From an uncultured bacterium (lineage in GTDB: Bacteria > Krumholzibacteriota > Krumholzibacteriia > LZORAL124-64-63), in the NCBI GenBank assembly GCA_963732385.1, contig CAVSZB010000007.1, positions 1,504,001 to 1,568,000 of the forward strand: a stretch of 64,000 nt of DNA. Direction: 5' to 3'. Shown here piece by piece: positions 9,485 through 21,539 of the stretch (position 1 is its first letter; the number at the start of each line of letters is the position of its first letter). Position numbers and translations under genes: made by a program. The notes below the pieces were generated by a model. That model had not been told where the DNA came from. It was given only the letters and a program-made list of their open reading frames with translations, and did no database searches.

Positions 9485-9649
9485 ATTGCTCCGTCCTTTC
9501 GGTCCCCCCGCAAACCACTCCCTAGATACGGTGAACGGGGGGGCCTCGCCTCCCCCCCGTCCCCCTAGTGGAACTTCCATCGGCAGAAATGGTGTCATTC
9601 TCCGCCGATTTTCGCTCCTGGTCCCCGGCCAAGGGACCGCTGGAGGACA

Positions 9650-9667
9650 TAGCAAAAGATCGGCCAG
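9650..9667 (-). promoter_or_regulatory. Sigma54 -24/-12 promoter
   Basis: Minus strand CTGGCCGATCTTTTGCTA: GG-N10-GC, close to consensus YTGGCAC-N5-TTGCW. Confidence 0.75.
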
Positions 9668-9761
9668 TATCCAGAAAGAATCCAAACGCGCGTAAGCGCT
9701 TATTCTACAACAAACTAATCTCAGGAACCGCGCGAAAAACCCCGCTTGTCGCCGTCCGGAT

Positions 9762-9787
9762 TCGACGATACTGTCGAGCGTTTCGAC
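9762..9787 (-). promoter_or_regulatory. Putative bEBP enhancer (UAS), copy 1
   Basis: Minus strand GTCGAAACGCTCGAC-AGTATC-GTCGA (GTCGA-N5-TCGAC-N6-GTCGA), starting 122 bp upstream of the -24 GG. Confidence 0.6.
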
Positions 9788-9809
9788 GTAAAGGGCGAGC
9801 CCGTGGCCC

Positions 9810-11173
<1,364 letters not shown>

Positions 11174-11177
<4 letters not shown>

Positions 11178-12907
11178 GCCGCCCCTTTGCCCGCGCTCCC
11201 GGACGGGAATTCCAGAATAAAGGTGGTGCCGCGCCCCAGTTCGCTCTCGACCTGCACCCGCCCGCAGTGCTGCGCCGCCACCTGGTCCACGATGGCCAGG
11301 CCGACGCCGGTGCCGGCCGGTTTCGTTGTATGATAGAGGTTGAAGATGCGCGGCAGCTCCGCGGGGGCGATGCCGGAACCGGTGTCGCTCACGATCAGGC
11401 GGACGGTCGCCTCGGCGGCCCGTAGCGCCACTGTCACCCGGGCGCCGTCGGCGCACGCGTCCAGCGCGTTGTCGAGCAGATTGTGCAGCGCCTGCCGCAT
11501 CAGGTCGGCGTCGACCGGGACGACCAGACGCTCCGGCAGGTCCGCCGCCAGGACGACGCCCTGCGCCTCGAACCGCCCGCGCACCAGCGTCACGACCTCG
11601 CGCACCACGGCCGCGAGGTCCGCCTCGCGCAACTGCGGCGAGGCGGGCCGCGCGAAGGCCAGGAACTGCTGCACGATGCGGTTGAGGCGGCCGACCTCGT
11701 CGCGTACGGTGTCGGTTAGCCGGAGATACTCCTCGCGGCCGGCCTCCGGCGTGAATTCCCGGCCGAGCCGCTGGGCGATCATGTGGATGGCGTTGAGCGG
11801 GTTGCGAATTTCGTGCGCCACTCCCGACGCCATCTCTCCGAGCGCCACGCTCCGCTCGTGCCGTGACCGCTCCGCTTCAAGGGCGGTAACTTCCCGCCGC
11901 GCCTGCGCCCACGCCGCCTGGGCCACGACCAGCCGGCGGCTCGCGATCAGGAGGGCCGCACCGGCGGCGAGGGTCGCCAGCAGCAGCAGGGAGTGGAGCC
12001 CGATGCTGCGGGCGATCTCACGCTGGCGGCGGTGCACCTCGCTGAGATCGACGGCGGCCCGCAGCAGGCTGACCGGCCGCCCGGCGACCTCGAGCCGCGT
12101 CACCTGTTCCAGCACCCGTCGCCCGCCGAAATCCACCTCCCGGCTCGCCGGCTCGCCCGTGGCGAGCACGGACTGCAGCAGCGGATCGCCGGCCACCGAC
12201 GAAAGACTGTCCACGTTCGCGGTGGCCGAGAGGATGCCGTTGGCGTCCTGCAGCGCGAGGTAGGCGCTGCCGGCCCGCTGCCCCAGCGCCCGCAGGAGCC
12301 GGCCGGGACCGATGCGCCGGCGCTCCGCGGCGAGAGCCTCCGCGTCGAGACCGGCGCAGACGATCCCGCCGTCGGCACGCCGTATCGCGCCGATCAGGCG
12401 GTAGCCACCGCTGCCGTCCTCCGACGGCGCCCGCAACACCCGCGATTCTCCCGGTCCCAGTTCGAACACGCCGGCCTCCTCCAGGTCGCGCCAGCACGCG
12501 ATCTCGCCGTGCGTGCCGGACGGATGCGTGGAGGCGGCGAGCACTTGCCGGTCGGACAGGCGCACCGTCAGGCAGGCGAGCTCGTTGGCGCGGCCGATGC
12601 TGTCGAGCAGCGCCTGCGTGTGCGGGCCGTGACGCGCCAGCTGGTCCACAAGCGCCGCCAGAGCGAGCAACCGCAATCCCGCCTGGGTCTCCCACGCCTC
12701 GAAGGTGGAGAGGGCGTGGCTCTGGCTTTCGCTCACGACCTGCCTCACCTGCTCCGCGTGCCCGACGGTCAGCGCGGTGAGCGCCGAGCGGGCGGAGTGG
12801 ATCTCGCCGGCCGTGGCGACCACGAAGACCACCCCCGCGACGCTCAGCATGGACACGACAAAAGGCGCGCGCAGATACCACGGACGGATGCTGCTGATTT
12901 CGGGCAC
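11174..12907 (-). CDS. Sensor histidine kinase (ZraS/AtoS-like)
   Basis: Two TM segments flanking a periplasmic region; H-box [27 protein letters not shown]. Confidence 0.93.
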
Positions 12908-13065
12908 TGCTGGTCGCCCCCCGTGTGACGTCTCTGACGAGAATCAGCCGCCGCCGCCGCAGACAGCGAAGACGCCGGCCTACGCCATGATGAACCATGA
13001 GGCGGCCGGACACAAGGGGCGCCGGGCCGCGGGGCGCTTCGAGGCCGGCCCCGTGCGCCGGGAAG

Positions 13066-13091
13066 GTCGAGTTTTTCGACGGGACCGTCGA
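13066..13091 (+). promoter_or_regulatory. Putative bEBP enhancer (UAS), copy 2
   Basis: GTCGAGTTTTTCGAC-GGGACC-GTCGA, same architecture as copy 1, starting 125 bp upstream of the -24 GG. Confidence 0.6.
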
Positions 13092-13188
13092 GTCGGCGGC
13101 CGTCGCGACGCACGCCGCCGCCGCGCGTTTCTCCGTCAGCGTTTTGTCGGACAAGAGGTTGTCCCGATCGCGGTACCGGTGCGCGCCA

Positions 13189-13206
13189 TTGGTCCGCTTA
13201 ATGCTT
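13189..13206 (+). promoter_or_regulatory. Sigma54 -24/-12 promoter
   Basis: TTGGTCCGCTTAATGCTT, GG(13191)-N10-GC(13203); IHF-like CAAGAGGTTG at 13152-13161 between it and the UAS. Confidence 0.6.
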
Positions 13207-13282
13207 TTAGCCCGACCACGCAGCCTCGCCCAGGCTCAGGAACTGGCGGAAATTCCGCCGACAGAGCACAAGGAGCAGCATC

Positions 13283-13738
13283 ATGAAGCAGTCTTTCGCC
13301 CCACTCACTCTCGTAACCCTGGCAATCGTCGCGCTGGTCGCCCTGAACGTTCCGGCCCCTGCAATGGCGCAGGGCGTTGGCTTCACGGTCGGCGGCTTCG
13401 TTGACGAAAACGGCGACGGTTACAACGATCTCGCGCCCGACGCCGACGGCGACGGCATCCCCAACGGTCTCGATGAAGACTACGTCCGCCCGCTCGACGG
13501 CACCGGTGAGCGCTTCGGCGCCATCGCCGCCGGCGAGTATCTGGGAGCCCAGACCGCAGCCATGAAGTTCCAGTACATGAACAAGTTCCTCAATATGTGG
13601 CAGCGGATGTTCGGCCAGAACTCGGTCAGCCTGACCGGCTACGGCCCCGGCGACGGCACCGGCAACGACGGCGTCGGCCCCGGCGACGGCACCGGCTACG
13701 GTCGGCTGGGTGGCCTGCGTCAGCGCGGTCATATCTAG
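13283..13738 (+). CDS. Small exported protein with Dx(D/N)xDG and GPGDGTG repeats
   Basis: AAGGAG RBS; signal peptide ending AMA; FVDENGDGYND, DADGDGIPN; GPGDGTG twice. Confidence 0.8.
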   Translation: MKQSFAPLTLVTLAIVALVALNVPAPAMAQGVGFTVGGFVDENGDGYNDLAPDADGDGIPNGLDEDYVRPLDGTGERFGAIAAGEYLGAQTAAMKFQYMNKFLNMWQRMFGQNSVSLTGYGPGDGTGNDGVGPGDGTGYGRLGGLRQRGHI

Positions 13739-13804
13739 ATAATTTCATTATCCGGGTCGCCGCAGGGAATTTGGTCCCCCCAATCCCGCGGCTGACCCGC
13801 CAAG

Positions 13805-13838
13805 GCGGGGCGGAGCGCGCGCAGGCGCTCCGCCTCGC
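13805..13838. terminator. GC-rich hairpin between convergent genes
   Basis: GCGGGGCGGAGCGC-loop-GCGCTCCGCCTCGC; no clear U tract. Confidence 0.4.
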
Positions 13839-13855
13839 CTGCATTTGGGAAGGTG

Positions 13856-15040
13856 TCAGTCGAGGCGCTTCAGGATGTGATACCCGTTGTCGCGCACGGC
13901 CGGCCGGAACCCGGCGCCGCGCGCCATCGCGTTCAGGTCGTCAGGCGTGAGGCAGTGGATCGTGCCGGCCGCCGAAACGACGCTCTCCTCCATCATCGTG
14001 CTGCCGAGGTCGTTGGCGCCGAAGTGGAGAGAGAGCTGCCCGATCGCCTTCCCCTGCGTCACCCACGACGCCTGCACGTTGCGGAAGTTGTCGAGCGCAA
14101 TGCGCGCGATCGCCAGCGTGCGCAGGTAGTCGAGCGAGCCCTGGTAGCCGCGCGACCGCACCTGGTCCATCAGGTCGGGGTGCGCGTGCAGCGGCGTGTG
14201 GTCGGGCTGGAAGGTCCAGGAGATGAACGCATTGTAGCCGCCGGTGCGGTCCTGGCTCTCCCGCGCGCGCAGCAGGTGCTCCACCCGCTCGGCCAGCGTC
14301 TCGAGGTGCTGGAACATCATGGTGACGGTGCTGCGCAGCCCCTCGGCGTGCGCCTCCTCCATGATGCCGATCCACTCGGCGGCAGTGGTCTTGCGCGGCG
14401 CCAGCAGGCCACGCACGCGGTCGCTCAGAATCTCGGCGCCGCCGCCGGGTATCGAATCGAGGCCGGCCGCCCTGAGCCGCGCGAGCACCTCGCGCGTGGC
14501 CAGCCTGGACACCTTCGCGAAGTGCTTGATCTCCGACGGCGAGAAGCCGTGGATCCACAGCGCGGGGAAGCTCCTTTTCAGATCGGCCAGCATCGCCTCG
14601 TAGTCTTCGATCTTCAGGCGCGGGTGATGCCCCCCCTGCAGGAGGATCTGGTTGCCACCCGCCGCCACCACCGAGGCGACCTTGGCGTGGATCTCCTCAC
14701 GCGACAGCAGGATGACATCGGCGTCGCCGTCGTGCCGGCTGAACGCACAGAACAGGCAGTCGGTGTAGCAGAGGTTGGTGTAGGTGACGTTGCGGTCGAT
14801 CACATAGGTGACGATTTCGGGGTCGGCGCGCCGCAGACGCAGCGCATGCGCGACGCGGCCGAGGTCGTGCAGCGACGCCTCCTCGAACAGCAGCAGCAGC
14901 TCGCCGCCGGTCAGCCGCCGCTCGCCGGCCTCCGCCAGGATGGCCTGCGCCTCGGACGATGACACGGCGGCCACCGTGCCGGCGACCTCGGGCTGAAAAG
15001 CGGCGCGCGGGGCATCGCCCGCGGGGTCGGTCGGGATCAT
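13856..15040 (-). CDS. mqnC: Cyclic dehypoxanthinyl futalosine synthase (radical SAM)
   Basis: Start near 15040; TYVIDRNVTYTNLCYTDCLFCAF (CxxxCxxC), LLQGGHHP, QASWVTQG, GANDLGSTMMEE; adjacent to mqnA. Confidence 0.9.
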   Translation of the reverse strand: MIPTDPAGDAPRAAFQPEVAGTVAAVSSSEAQAILAEAGERRLTGGELLLLFEEASLHDLGRVAHALRLRRADPEIVTYVIDRNVTYTNLCYTDCLFCAFSRHDGDADVILLSREEIHAKVASVVAAGGNQILLQGGHHPRLKIEDYEAMLADLKRSFPALWIHGFSPSEIKHFAKVSRLATREVLARLRAAGLDSIPGGGAEILSDRVRGLLAPRKTTAAEWIGIMEEAHAEGLRSTVTMMFQHLETLAERVEHLLRARESQDRTGGYNAFISWTFQPDHTPLHAHPDLMDQVRSRGYQGSLDYLRTLAIARIALDNFRNVQASWVTQGKAIGQLSLHFGANDLGSTMMEESVVSAAGTIHCLTPDDLNAMARGAGFRPAVRDNGYHILKRLD

Positions 15041-15042
15041 GG

Positions 15043-15930
15043 CTAGTCGCTCTCGACCGCCGCCGCCAGCGTCGGCGTCCGCCCCGGCGGGCAGATCGCG
15101 TGGCGGACACACAGCTCGTGGAAGCACAGCAGACCGGCCAGTTCCTTTTCGCCCAGCGTGAACAGCAGCGACCGCCGGAAGTAGCGCCGGATGGTGGCCG
15201 CGTTCGCCTCGCCCCCCGGCCCGAGCTGCCCCGCCGCGGCGGCCCGCTCCGCCAGGTCGTCGAGCCGCGCCAGCCCGGCATCGCGGGATTCGGTCAGCAG
15301 GCGGATCAGGCGCTCCTTGTCCGCGGGCGAGGCCGCCGCGTCGAACCCGCGTCCCAGCACCCAGGTCGCGAACACGAACGGCAGACCGGTCAGTTTCGCC
15401 CACGCCGCACCCAGGTCGAAGATCTGCACGCGGTCGTCCGCCTCGGACCGGAAACGCCGCTCGGCCTCGAAGCAGCGGTCGCCGATCACCAGCGCCGCCT
15501 CCTCGTCGCACAACAGCTCCCCGACCCGCACCTCGGCCGCGTGGAAATCGGGCCGCACCCCGTGCAACTCCGCCAGCAGGATGCGCAGCAGCGCCACCGA
15601 AGTGCGCGATCCCTTGTCCACGAGCACGCGACCGATCGCCGCCGGCGCCACCCGCGTGAACAGCTTCACGCTGTCGACCGGCCCCCGCGTGGCGATCGCC
15701 ATCCCCGGCACCATCTCCGCGCCGGTGCCACGGAAGAACTCGATCACCGGCAGCAACGCCACATCGGCCCGGTCCTCGTAGAGCAGGTCGGCAAGCCGGC
15801 TCGGCACGTCATAGGTCAGGGAGAACTCGCCGGCCCGCCCGGCCGCCGCGTCGGCCGCGACACGCTCCCGCAGACCGTCAACCAGGGGTTGTGAGTTGAG
15901 ATAGGAGATGGCGGCGATGCGGAAAGGCAT
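15043..15930 (-). CDS. mqnA: Chorismate dehydratase (futalosine menaquinone pathway)
   Basis: ISYLNSQPL, GPVDSV, SRTSVAL, LVIGD, DLGAAW..TGLPFVFA. Confidence 0.92.
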   Translation of the reverse strand: MPFRIAAISYLNSQPLVDGLRERVAADAAAGRAGEFSLTYDVPSRLADLLYEDRADVALLPVIEFFRGTGAEMVPGMAIATRGPVDSVKLFTRVAPAAIGRVLVDKGSRTSVALLRILLAELHGVRPDFHAAEVRVGELLCDEEAALVIGDRCFEAERRFRSEADDRVQIFDLGAAWAKLTGLPFVFATWVLGRGFDAAASPADKERLIRLLTESRDAGLARLDDLAERAAAAGQLGPGGEANAATIRRYFRRSLLFTLGEKELAGLLCFHELCVRHAICPPGRTPTLAAAVESD

Positions 15931-16061
15931 GAGAAGGGACTCCAGAGGTGCGGGATCAGGGACCCTTACGGCTTGTCAAGCTTACCCGCCTACGCCGATC
16001 CGTGCAACCGCGAACAGTGCACAGGCCATCATCGCGCGTGGCAAAACGGGATTTGTTGTCG

Positions 16062-17156
16062 TCACCCGATCATCCGCCGGTACAGCGCCTCGGACTCCCC
16101 CACCATCCGAGCCAGCGAGAATTCGCGCACGATCCGCTCGCGTCCGAGCATGCCCATCCGCGCCGCAAGTCCGCGGTCGCACAGCAGGGAGCCGATCGCC
16201 GCCCCCAGAGTCTCCTCGTCGCTCTCGGGCACGATCAGCCCGGTGCGCCCGTGGTCGACGACTTCGCGGTTGCCGCCGCAATCGTTGGCCACGACCGGAA
16301 GGCCGAGCGCCATACCCTCAAGGATGGCGTTGGCGGTCCCCTCGCCATGCACCCGCGTGTTGCTGACTAGCACGCAAACGACGCTTCCGGCCAGCCACGG
16401 CTCGGGCGCCGTCGTATCGGTGACGAAATCCACGCTTGCGACCACGCCGAGCTCGCCCGCCAGCCGCCGGCACGCCGGCAATGTCTCATCGCCCCGCCCC
16501 ACAAGCACCAGCCGCGCCTCCGGCATCTGCCGCAGAACGCGCGGCCAGGCCCGGATGAGCGCCGCCTGGTCCTTGTTGGCGGTGAAATTCCCCACCATGC
16601 AGACTGCGGCGGGGCCGAGGTCGCGCGGCGTGACGTTGTCGAAACGCGTCAGGTCCACGCCATTGTGGATGACCTGCGCGCGCGGGTGGCCTTCGAGACC
16701 GAAAGCCCGCAGGCCGGCACGCGAGTTGGCCACGATGCGGTCGGACGCCAGCATGATCCGGCGGCTCAGCCGGTCCCGCGCAGTGAGCGCGGGGGGAGCC
16801 GAGCGGATCGCTCCGTTGAGCAGCGGCACGTGGAGACGCCGCGCCGCCCAGAGCCCCGCGAGACCGCCCATCCAGCCGAACGCGTGGATGAGCGCCACCC
16901 GATGCCGCCGCGCCAGCCGGGGCAGGACCGCAGCCGCCGACATGTCGTAGCGCCAGCGCCTCGCCAGCGGCAGCACCGCGTCGGCCAGCGCCACCGCCTC
17001 CGCTTCCCGCGACCCGCCGCGGTCAAGCACTCCGAAGACCGTCGCGAACCGGCCGCTCGCGCGCAGGCCCCGCAGCAGTTCCACGATCTGCCGTTCGAGG
17101 CCGCCGGCCACCATGGTGTCGGCCAGAATGAGGATCACGGGACGGTCGTCGTTCAT
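16062..17156 (-). CDS. Glycosyltransferase family 4
   Basis: GGLERQ, IHNGVD, EGTANAILEGMALGLPVV; ATG 17156. Confidence 0.9.
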   Translation of the reverse strand: MNDDRPVILILADTMVAGGLERQIVELLRGLRASGRFATVFGVLDRGGSREAEAVALADAVLPLARRWRYDMSAAAVLPRLARRHRVALIHAFGWMGGLAGLWAARRLHVPLLNGAIRSAPPALTARDRLSRRIMLASDRIVANSRAGLRAFGLEGHPRAQVIHNGVDLTRFDNVTPRDLGPAAVCMVGNFTANKDQAALIRAWPRVLRQMPEARLVLVGRGDETLPACRRLAGELGVVASVDFVTDTTAPEPWLAGSVVCVLVSNTRVHGEGTANAILEGMALGLPVVANDCGGNREVVDHGRTGLIVPESDEETLGAAIGSLLCDRGLAARMGMLGRERIVREFSLARMVGESEALYRRMIG

Positions 17157-17213
17157 GGCACCATCATGCGGCAGGCGCTGCCGCCAGAAAACCGCCATCT
17201 GAGGGGAGCCCGG

Positions 17214-18395
17214 TCAGGTGAGCAGCCGGGTGTAGAGCGCGCCTAGCTCGCGGTCGACCCGGGTGAAGGAGAAGTTCCGCCGCACGATCTCCAGACCGGC
17301 GGCGCCGTAGGCCGCGCGCCGCGCCGGATCCGCGAGCAGGGTGGCCATCGCCTGCGCCAGTTCCGCCGCGTCCCCCGGCTGGACGAGCAGCCCGCTGACC
17401 CCCTCTTCCACCACGTCGGCCACGCCCGCGATCTGCGTGGCCACCACCGGCAGCCCGCAGGCCATTGCCTCCAGGAGGGCCAGCGGCAACCCCTCCCAGA
17501 GCGATGGCAGCACGAAGAGGTCCGCGCCGAGCATCAGCTCCGGCAGATCTTGCACGACCCCCGACAGGATCACCTGGTCGCCGATGCCGAGCTCGTCCAC
17601 CCGCCGCTCGAGAAACGCGCGCAGCGGTCCCTCGCCCGCGATCATGACGCGCAGCCTCACGCCGCGACGACGCAGCAGCAGCACGGCGTCGAGCAGGCCG
17701 GGGAAATTCTTCGGCTCGGTCAGTCGACCGGCGGCCAGCACGAACGGGTCCTTTGCCGTCAGGCCGTAGCGGGCCCGCACCGCTGCGAGCAGCACCGGAT
17801 CGAGCGGCACGGGGATGTCCACCCCGTTGGAGACCACGACGATCCGCCCGGCCCCGGCGGTCCCCGCGAACTCGATCAGCGACCGGCGCACTTCCTCCGA
17901 CACCGCCACGACCGCTTCGCACCGCGCCAGAAGCTGCCGGTACGCCCAGCGCCGCAGACGGCGCTTGAACGTCTCGCCGGTTTCCTTGTAGCGGGCCTCG
18001 CGCGTGCTGTGGACGGTCGGCAGCACGACGCAGTCGTGGCGCCAGGCCAGCAGCAGCCCCCAGAAGTTGGCGCCCGGCAGGTGGGTCTGCAGGAGATCGA
18101 TGCCATCCCGTGCGATATGAGCGCGCAGGAGTTGATAACCGCGCCACACGGACACGACGAACGCGAGCGGATTGTCGATCGACGCGCGCGCATATTCCAG
18201 ATAGCGCACGCGCACCTCCGGCGCGATGCGCGGCGTCAACTCGCCGGGACCGGCCAGCACATAGAGATAGGAAACATCGCCGGCCGCGGCGCGCGCGTTG
18301 GCGATCTGGACCGCCAGACGCTCCGCGCCGCCCATGCCGAGCGACTCGACAAGCTGGGCGATGTGCCGTCGGGGGGATATTCTAGGGCTCTCCAT
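17214..18395 (-). CDS. Glycosyltransferase family 4
   Basis: GGAER, GRLTEPK, PSLWEGLPLALLEAMACGLPVV. Confidence 0.93.
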   Translation of the reverse strand: MESPRISPRRHIAQLVESLGMGGAERLAVQIANARAAAGDVSYLYVLAGPGELTPRIAPEVRVRYLEYARASIDNPLAFVVSVWRGYQLLRAHIARDGIDLLQTHLPGANFWGLLLAWRHDCVVLPTVHSTREARYKETGETFKRRLRRWAYRQLLARCEAVVAVSEEVRRSLIEFAGTAGAGRIVVVSNGVDIPVPLDPVLLAAVRARYGLTAKDPFVLAAGRLTEPKNFPGLLDAVLLLRRRGVRLRVMIAGEGPLRAFLERRVDELGIGDQVILSGVVQDLPELMLGADLFVLPSLWEGLPLALLEAMACGLPVVATQIAGVADVVEEGVSGLLVQPGDAAELAQAMATLLADPARRAAYGAAGLEIVRRNFSFTRVDRELGALYTRLLT

Positions 18396-20007
18396 GACCG
18401 AGCCTGACGATCATGGCGTAGGTCGCCACCCTCTGTTCATGCAGCCGACGGACGGCCTCCTGCGCGGCGGCCATCGAACTGTAAGGGCCGACGTACACGC
18501 GCTGCCAGAGCTGCCCCTGCACCTGGGCATCCCGGAAAAATACAGGGAAACCGGACTTCCGCAGGACGGCGATATCGGCATTGGCGCGATCCATGCCCCG
18601 GAACGAGTGCACGTGCACCGCGAACACGGAATCGGCCGCCGCCACGCCGGAATCCGACGTCGCCGTCAGGACCGGAGGAGGCTCGACGACGACGTTCCCA
18701 GGTGCCGGCGATTCCGTTCGCGGCGCGTCCTGATCCGCGGCGGGAACCGTCACTGGCGCGGCCGGCACGGCGGCGCTGTCCACCGACGCTGACGCGGGCG
18801 TTGTCGTTTCCGGAACATCCGTCGATGGCCAGGCAGCCGGTTCGACCGGCGGGACGACGACGCGCGCCACCGTGGCGGGCCGCCCGGCGCCATCCGGCTT
18901 CAGGCCGAAAACAACGAGCGCCCCCACGGCCAGCACAAGCAGCGCGAGCAGGAAGTACAGCCGGCCCCGACGATTCCGCCGCTGGAACGCGGCCGACGGC
19001 GAAAATGGAGGCGCACCGCCCGCATCAGCAGCCGCTGGCGGCCGGGCCGGCGACGCCATGGCTGGCTCAGGGCGCGCAGGTTCCGGAGCAGGTATCGGCA
19101 TGGCTGCAGGCGTCAGTGCGACCGCAGGAGCAGGTTTCTCGATCCTCACGGAAACCGGCACCGCCGGTGGCTTCGCAGCCGGCGCACCCTCCCGCGGGCC
19201 CACGCCGACTGCCGGCGGCAGTTCGTCGAGATCGACGTGTTCGACATCGACCTCTTTCTTCCCTGCCACGAAGGCCGACAGCAGAGCGCGACTGGCCAGG
19301 ATATTCACCAGCCGCGGCACGCCCGACGACGCGCGGTGGATAAGTTCGAGCGCCCTAGTCCGGAACAGCGGACGCGCGCAACCCGCCACGGTGACACGGT
19401 GCGCAACGTACGCCGCGACCTCCTCGCGGCTGAGCGTTTCAAGGCGATAGTGCACACTGATTCGCTGCCGCAACTGCGCCAGCTCGGGCAGGTTGATCTT
19501 CCGTTCGAGGTCGGGCTGCCCCGCCAGGACCAGCTGCAGAGCCTGGCCGCCCGGCTGCCCGAGGTTGGTCAGCATGCGCAGTCCCTCGAGGACATCGGGA
19601 GCGAGATTCTGCGCCTCATCGACCACGATCAGGATCTTCTGCCCGCGCGCTTGCGCTATCTGCACGTGCGTCTTGAGCGCACCAACCAGATCGGCCCGAT
19701 CGAAGTGCCCCGTGACGGGAGCCCCGAGATCCGCCAGCACGAGCTTGAGCAACTCGGGGAAATCGACCTGAGTGACGTTCACGAATGCGGCCTGATACCG
19801 CTTGGCCAGGTTGGCCAGCAGGCTCTGCACTGCCAGGGTCTTGCCAGTGCCGATCGGCCCGGTGATGAGCACGATGTCTTCATCCTGCTCGAGGCCATAG
19901 GCCAGGTGGGCCATGGTCTCCTCGAACGGCGACGACAGAAAGATGAATTTCAGGCTGGGATACAGCGGGAATGGATCAGTCCGCAATCCGAAATGGTCGA
20001 GGTACAT
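18382..20007 (-). CDS. ExeA/GspA-type AAA ATPase with Pro/Ala linker, TM helix and C-terminal SPOR domain
   Basis: Start ATG 20007 (MYLDHFGLRTDPF); GPIGTGKT, VDEAQNL, LAGQPDL, GVPRLVN; C-terminal VHVHSF...RVYVGPY. Confidence 0.9.
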   Translation of the reverse strand: MYLDHFGLRTDPFPLYPSLKFIFLSSPFEETMAHLAYGLEQDEDIVLITGPIGTGKTLAVQSLLANLAKRYQAAFVNVTQVDFPELLKLVLADLGAPVTGHFDRADLVGALKTHVQIAQARGQKILIVVDEAQNLAPDVLEGLRMLTNLGQPGGQALQLVLAGQPDLERKINLPELAQLRQRISVHYRLETLSREEVAAYVAHRVTVAGCARPLFRTRALELIHRASSGVPRLVNILASRALLSAFVAGKKEVDVEHVDLDELPPAVGVGPREGAPAAKPPAVPVSVRIEKPAPAVALTPAAMPIPAPEPARPEPAMASPARPPAAADAGGAPPFSPSAAFQRRNRRGRLYFLLALLVLAVGALVVFGLKPDGAGRPATVARVVVPPVEPAAWPSTDVPETTTPASASVDSAAVPAAPVTVPAADQDAPRTESPAPGNVVVEPPPVLTATSDSGVAAADSVFAVHVHSFRGMDRANADIAVLRKSGFPVFFRDAQVQGQLWQRVYVGPYSSMAAAQEAVRRLHEQRVATYAMIVRLGHGEP

Positions 20008-20804
20008 CGCGCCTCGCGAATCGGTTGGACCTGGGCAGGATCGCCGCCATGCGCGACAATCCGAACGGTTTCGTGCCTGACAACCGGGCACCGGATCAAC
20101 ATGTTAAGACACACCACCCGGCAGAGCAACGCCATTCGGGCACAGACCCCGTTACGCCAATGGTCGGAGGAGGATGCGCCCGCTTGAGCAATTTCTCGAT
20201 CAGCCCGAACCTCTCGTGCTCAGGCGGCGCCCCGCTTTCTGTAGAAAAAGGCTGACGTGATCTCCGAGTATGCAAGCATGGCGAACCCCGAAGGCCTTTT
20301 CCTTCCAGGCGATCCGATGAATGTGCGACACGCAGCCTTCTCCCCCAAGTCATGGTCTTGGAGCTGGCTTTACGCGACTTGAACTTGGCGGCGGCGATGG
20401 CTCAGGCGGCGATGGCTCTGTTTACGCGACCGCCGACCATGTTGTATCATTAAAAAGCACACTGCGGCGAAAGGACACTGATCTACGCCTGCTTTCTGAA
20501 GCTCCGGAGCTTCGGGCCAATTCCTCCCCAGGATGGCCGCAGGAGCCAAGCAACCCCCGCTGGGCAGCTCAGACGCTGCGGCGAAGCAGCCGGATTCGCG
20601 GCGTCGATGAGGGAGAATGCACTGCACCCAAATGCCATTGCCGGGCCACGGCGAAGGTTTTGCGGAGATCTTCAAGCGCGATTCGCGGGCGGTGGGGCGA
20701 CCGGACGGGACCGCTCAGCTCGCGAACCTCGTTCGAGACCGGCGGCAGTCCTGCGCGCTGCCTGCCGCTGGGTTAGGGCGGCCTAATACAGACGGAGACA
20801 AGAT

Positions 20805-21539
20805 ATGAGCGTTCGCAGCACTCTGAAGCGGTCTGACACCATCGTTGGCGTGGTTCGCGACACCAAGAAGCTGATGAAAACGCCTGCTCGAATCGCCCGG
20901 CGGGTGAAACGAGACAAAATCATAGCTAGCTACCTGGCGCAACATCAAACGTGGAAGCTGGAGTTGGGTTCGGGGCCCACCCGACTGGACGGCTGGCTCA
21001 GCACGGACATCGCGCCCAGATTCGCCGGCAGCGCATATCTTGACGTCACGAGACGGTTTCCTCTGCCGAGCGATACCTTCGATTACATCTACAGCGAACA
21101 TCTGATCGAACACCTGTCCTGGAACAACGGTCTATTCATGCTGCAGGAATGCCGACGTGTGCTCAAGCCCTGCGGCAAGATCAGAGTCGCCACTCCAAAT
21201 CTTGAAGTCATTACGGGCCTGTGCAACTGCGATGGGAACGCCATGAGCAGGCGCTACATCGGATGGATTACGGACAAGTTCATCGACGGGGTCGATGTGC
21301 ACAGGGCCTGCTTCGTCGTGAACAACGCCTTCTACAACTGGGGTCATCGGTTTCTGTATGACGCCGAAGTGATGGTTATGACCATGGAGAGGGCCGGGTT
21401 CACGGATATCCAGCGATGTGCTCCCGGAGAATCGAGCGACCAGCACCTCCGCGGAATCGAATCTCACGGCAGCAGCGTATCTGACCTGGAAATGGCGGCC
21501 TTCGAGACCATGGTTTTCGAGGCACGATATCCGGGCTGA
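20805..21539 (+). CDS. Class I SAM-dependent methyltransferase-like protein
   Basis: KLELGSG, FDYIYSEHLIEHL, RVLKPCGKIRVATP. Confidence 0.85.
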   Translation: MSVRSTLKRSDTIVGVVRDTKKLMKTPARIARRVKRDKIIASYLAQHQTWKLELGSGPTRLDGWLSTDIAPRFAGSAYLDVTRRFPLPSDTFDYIYSEHLIEHLSWNNGLFMLQECRRVLKPCGKIRVATPNLEVITGLCNCDGNAMSRRYIGWITDKFIDGVDVHRACFVVNNAFYNWGHRFLYDAEVMVMTMERAGFTDIQRCAPGESSDQHLRGIESHGSSVSDLEMAAFETMVFEARYPG

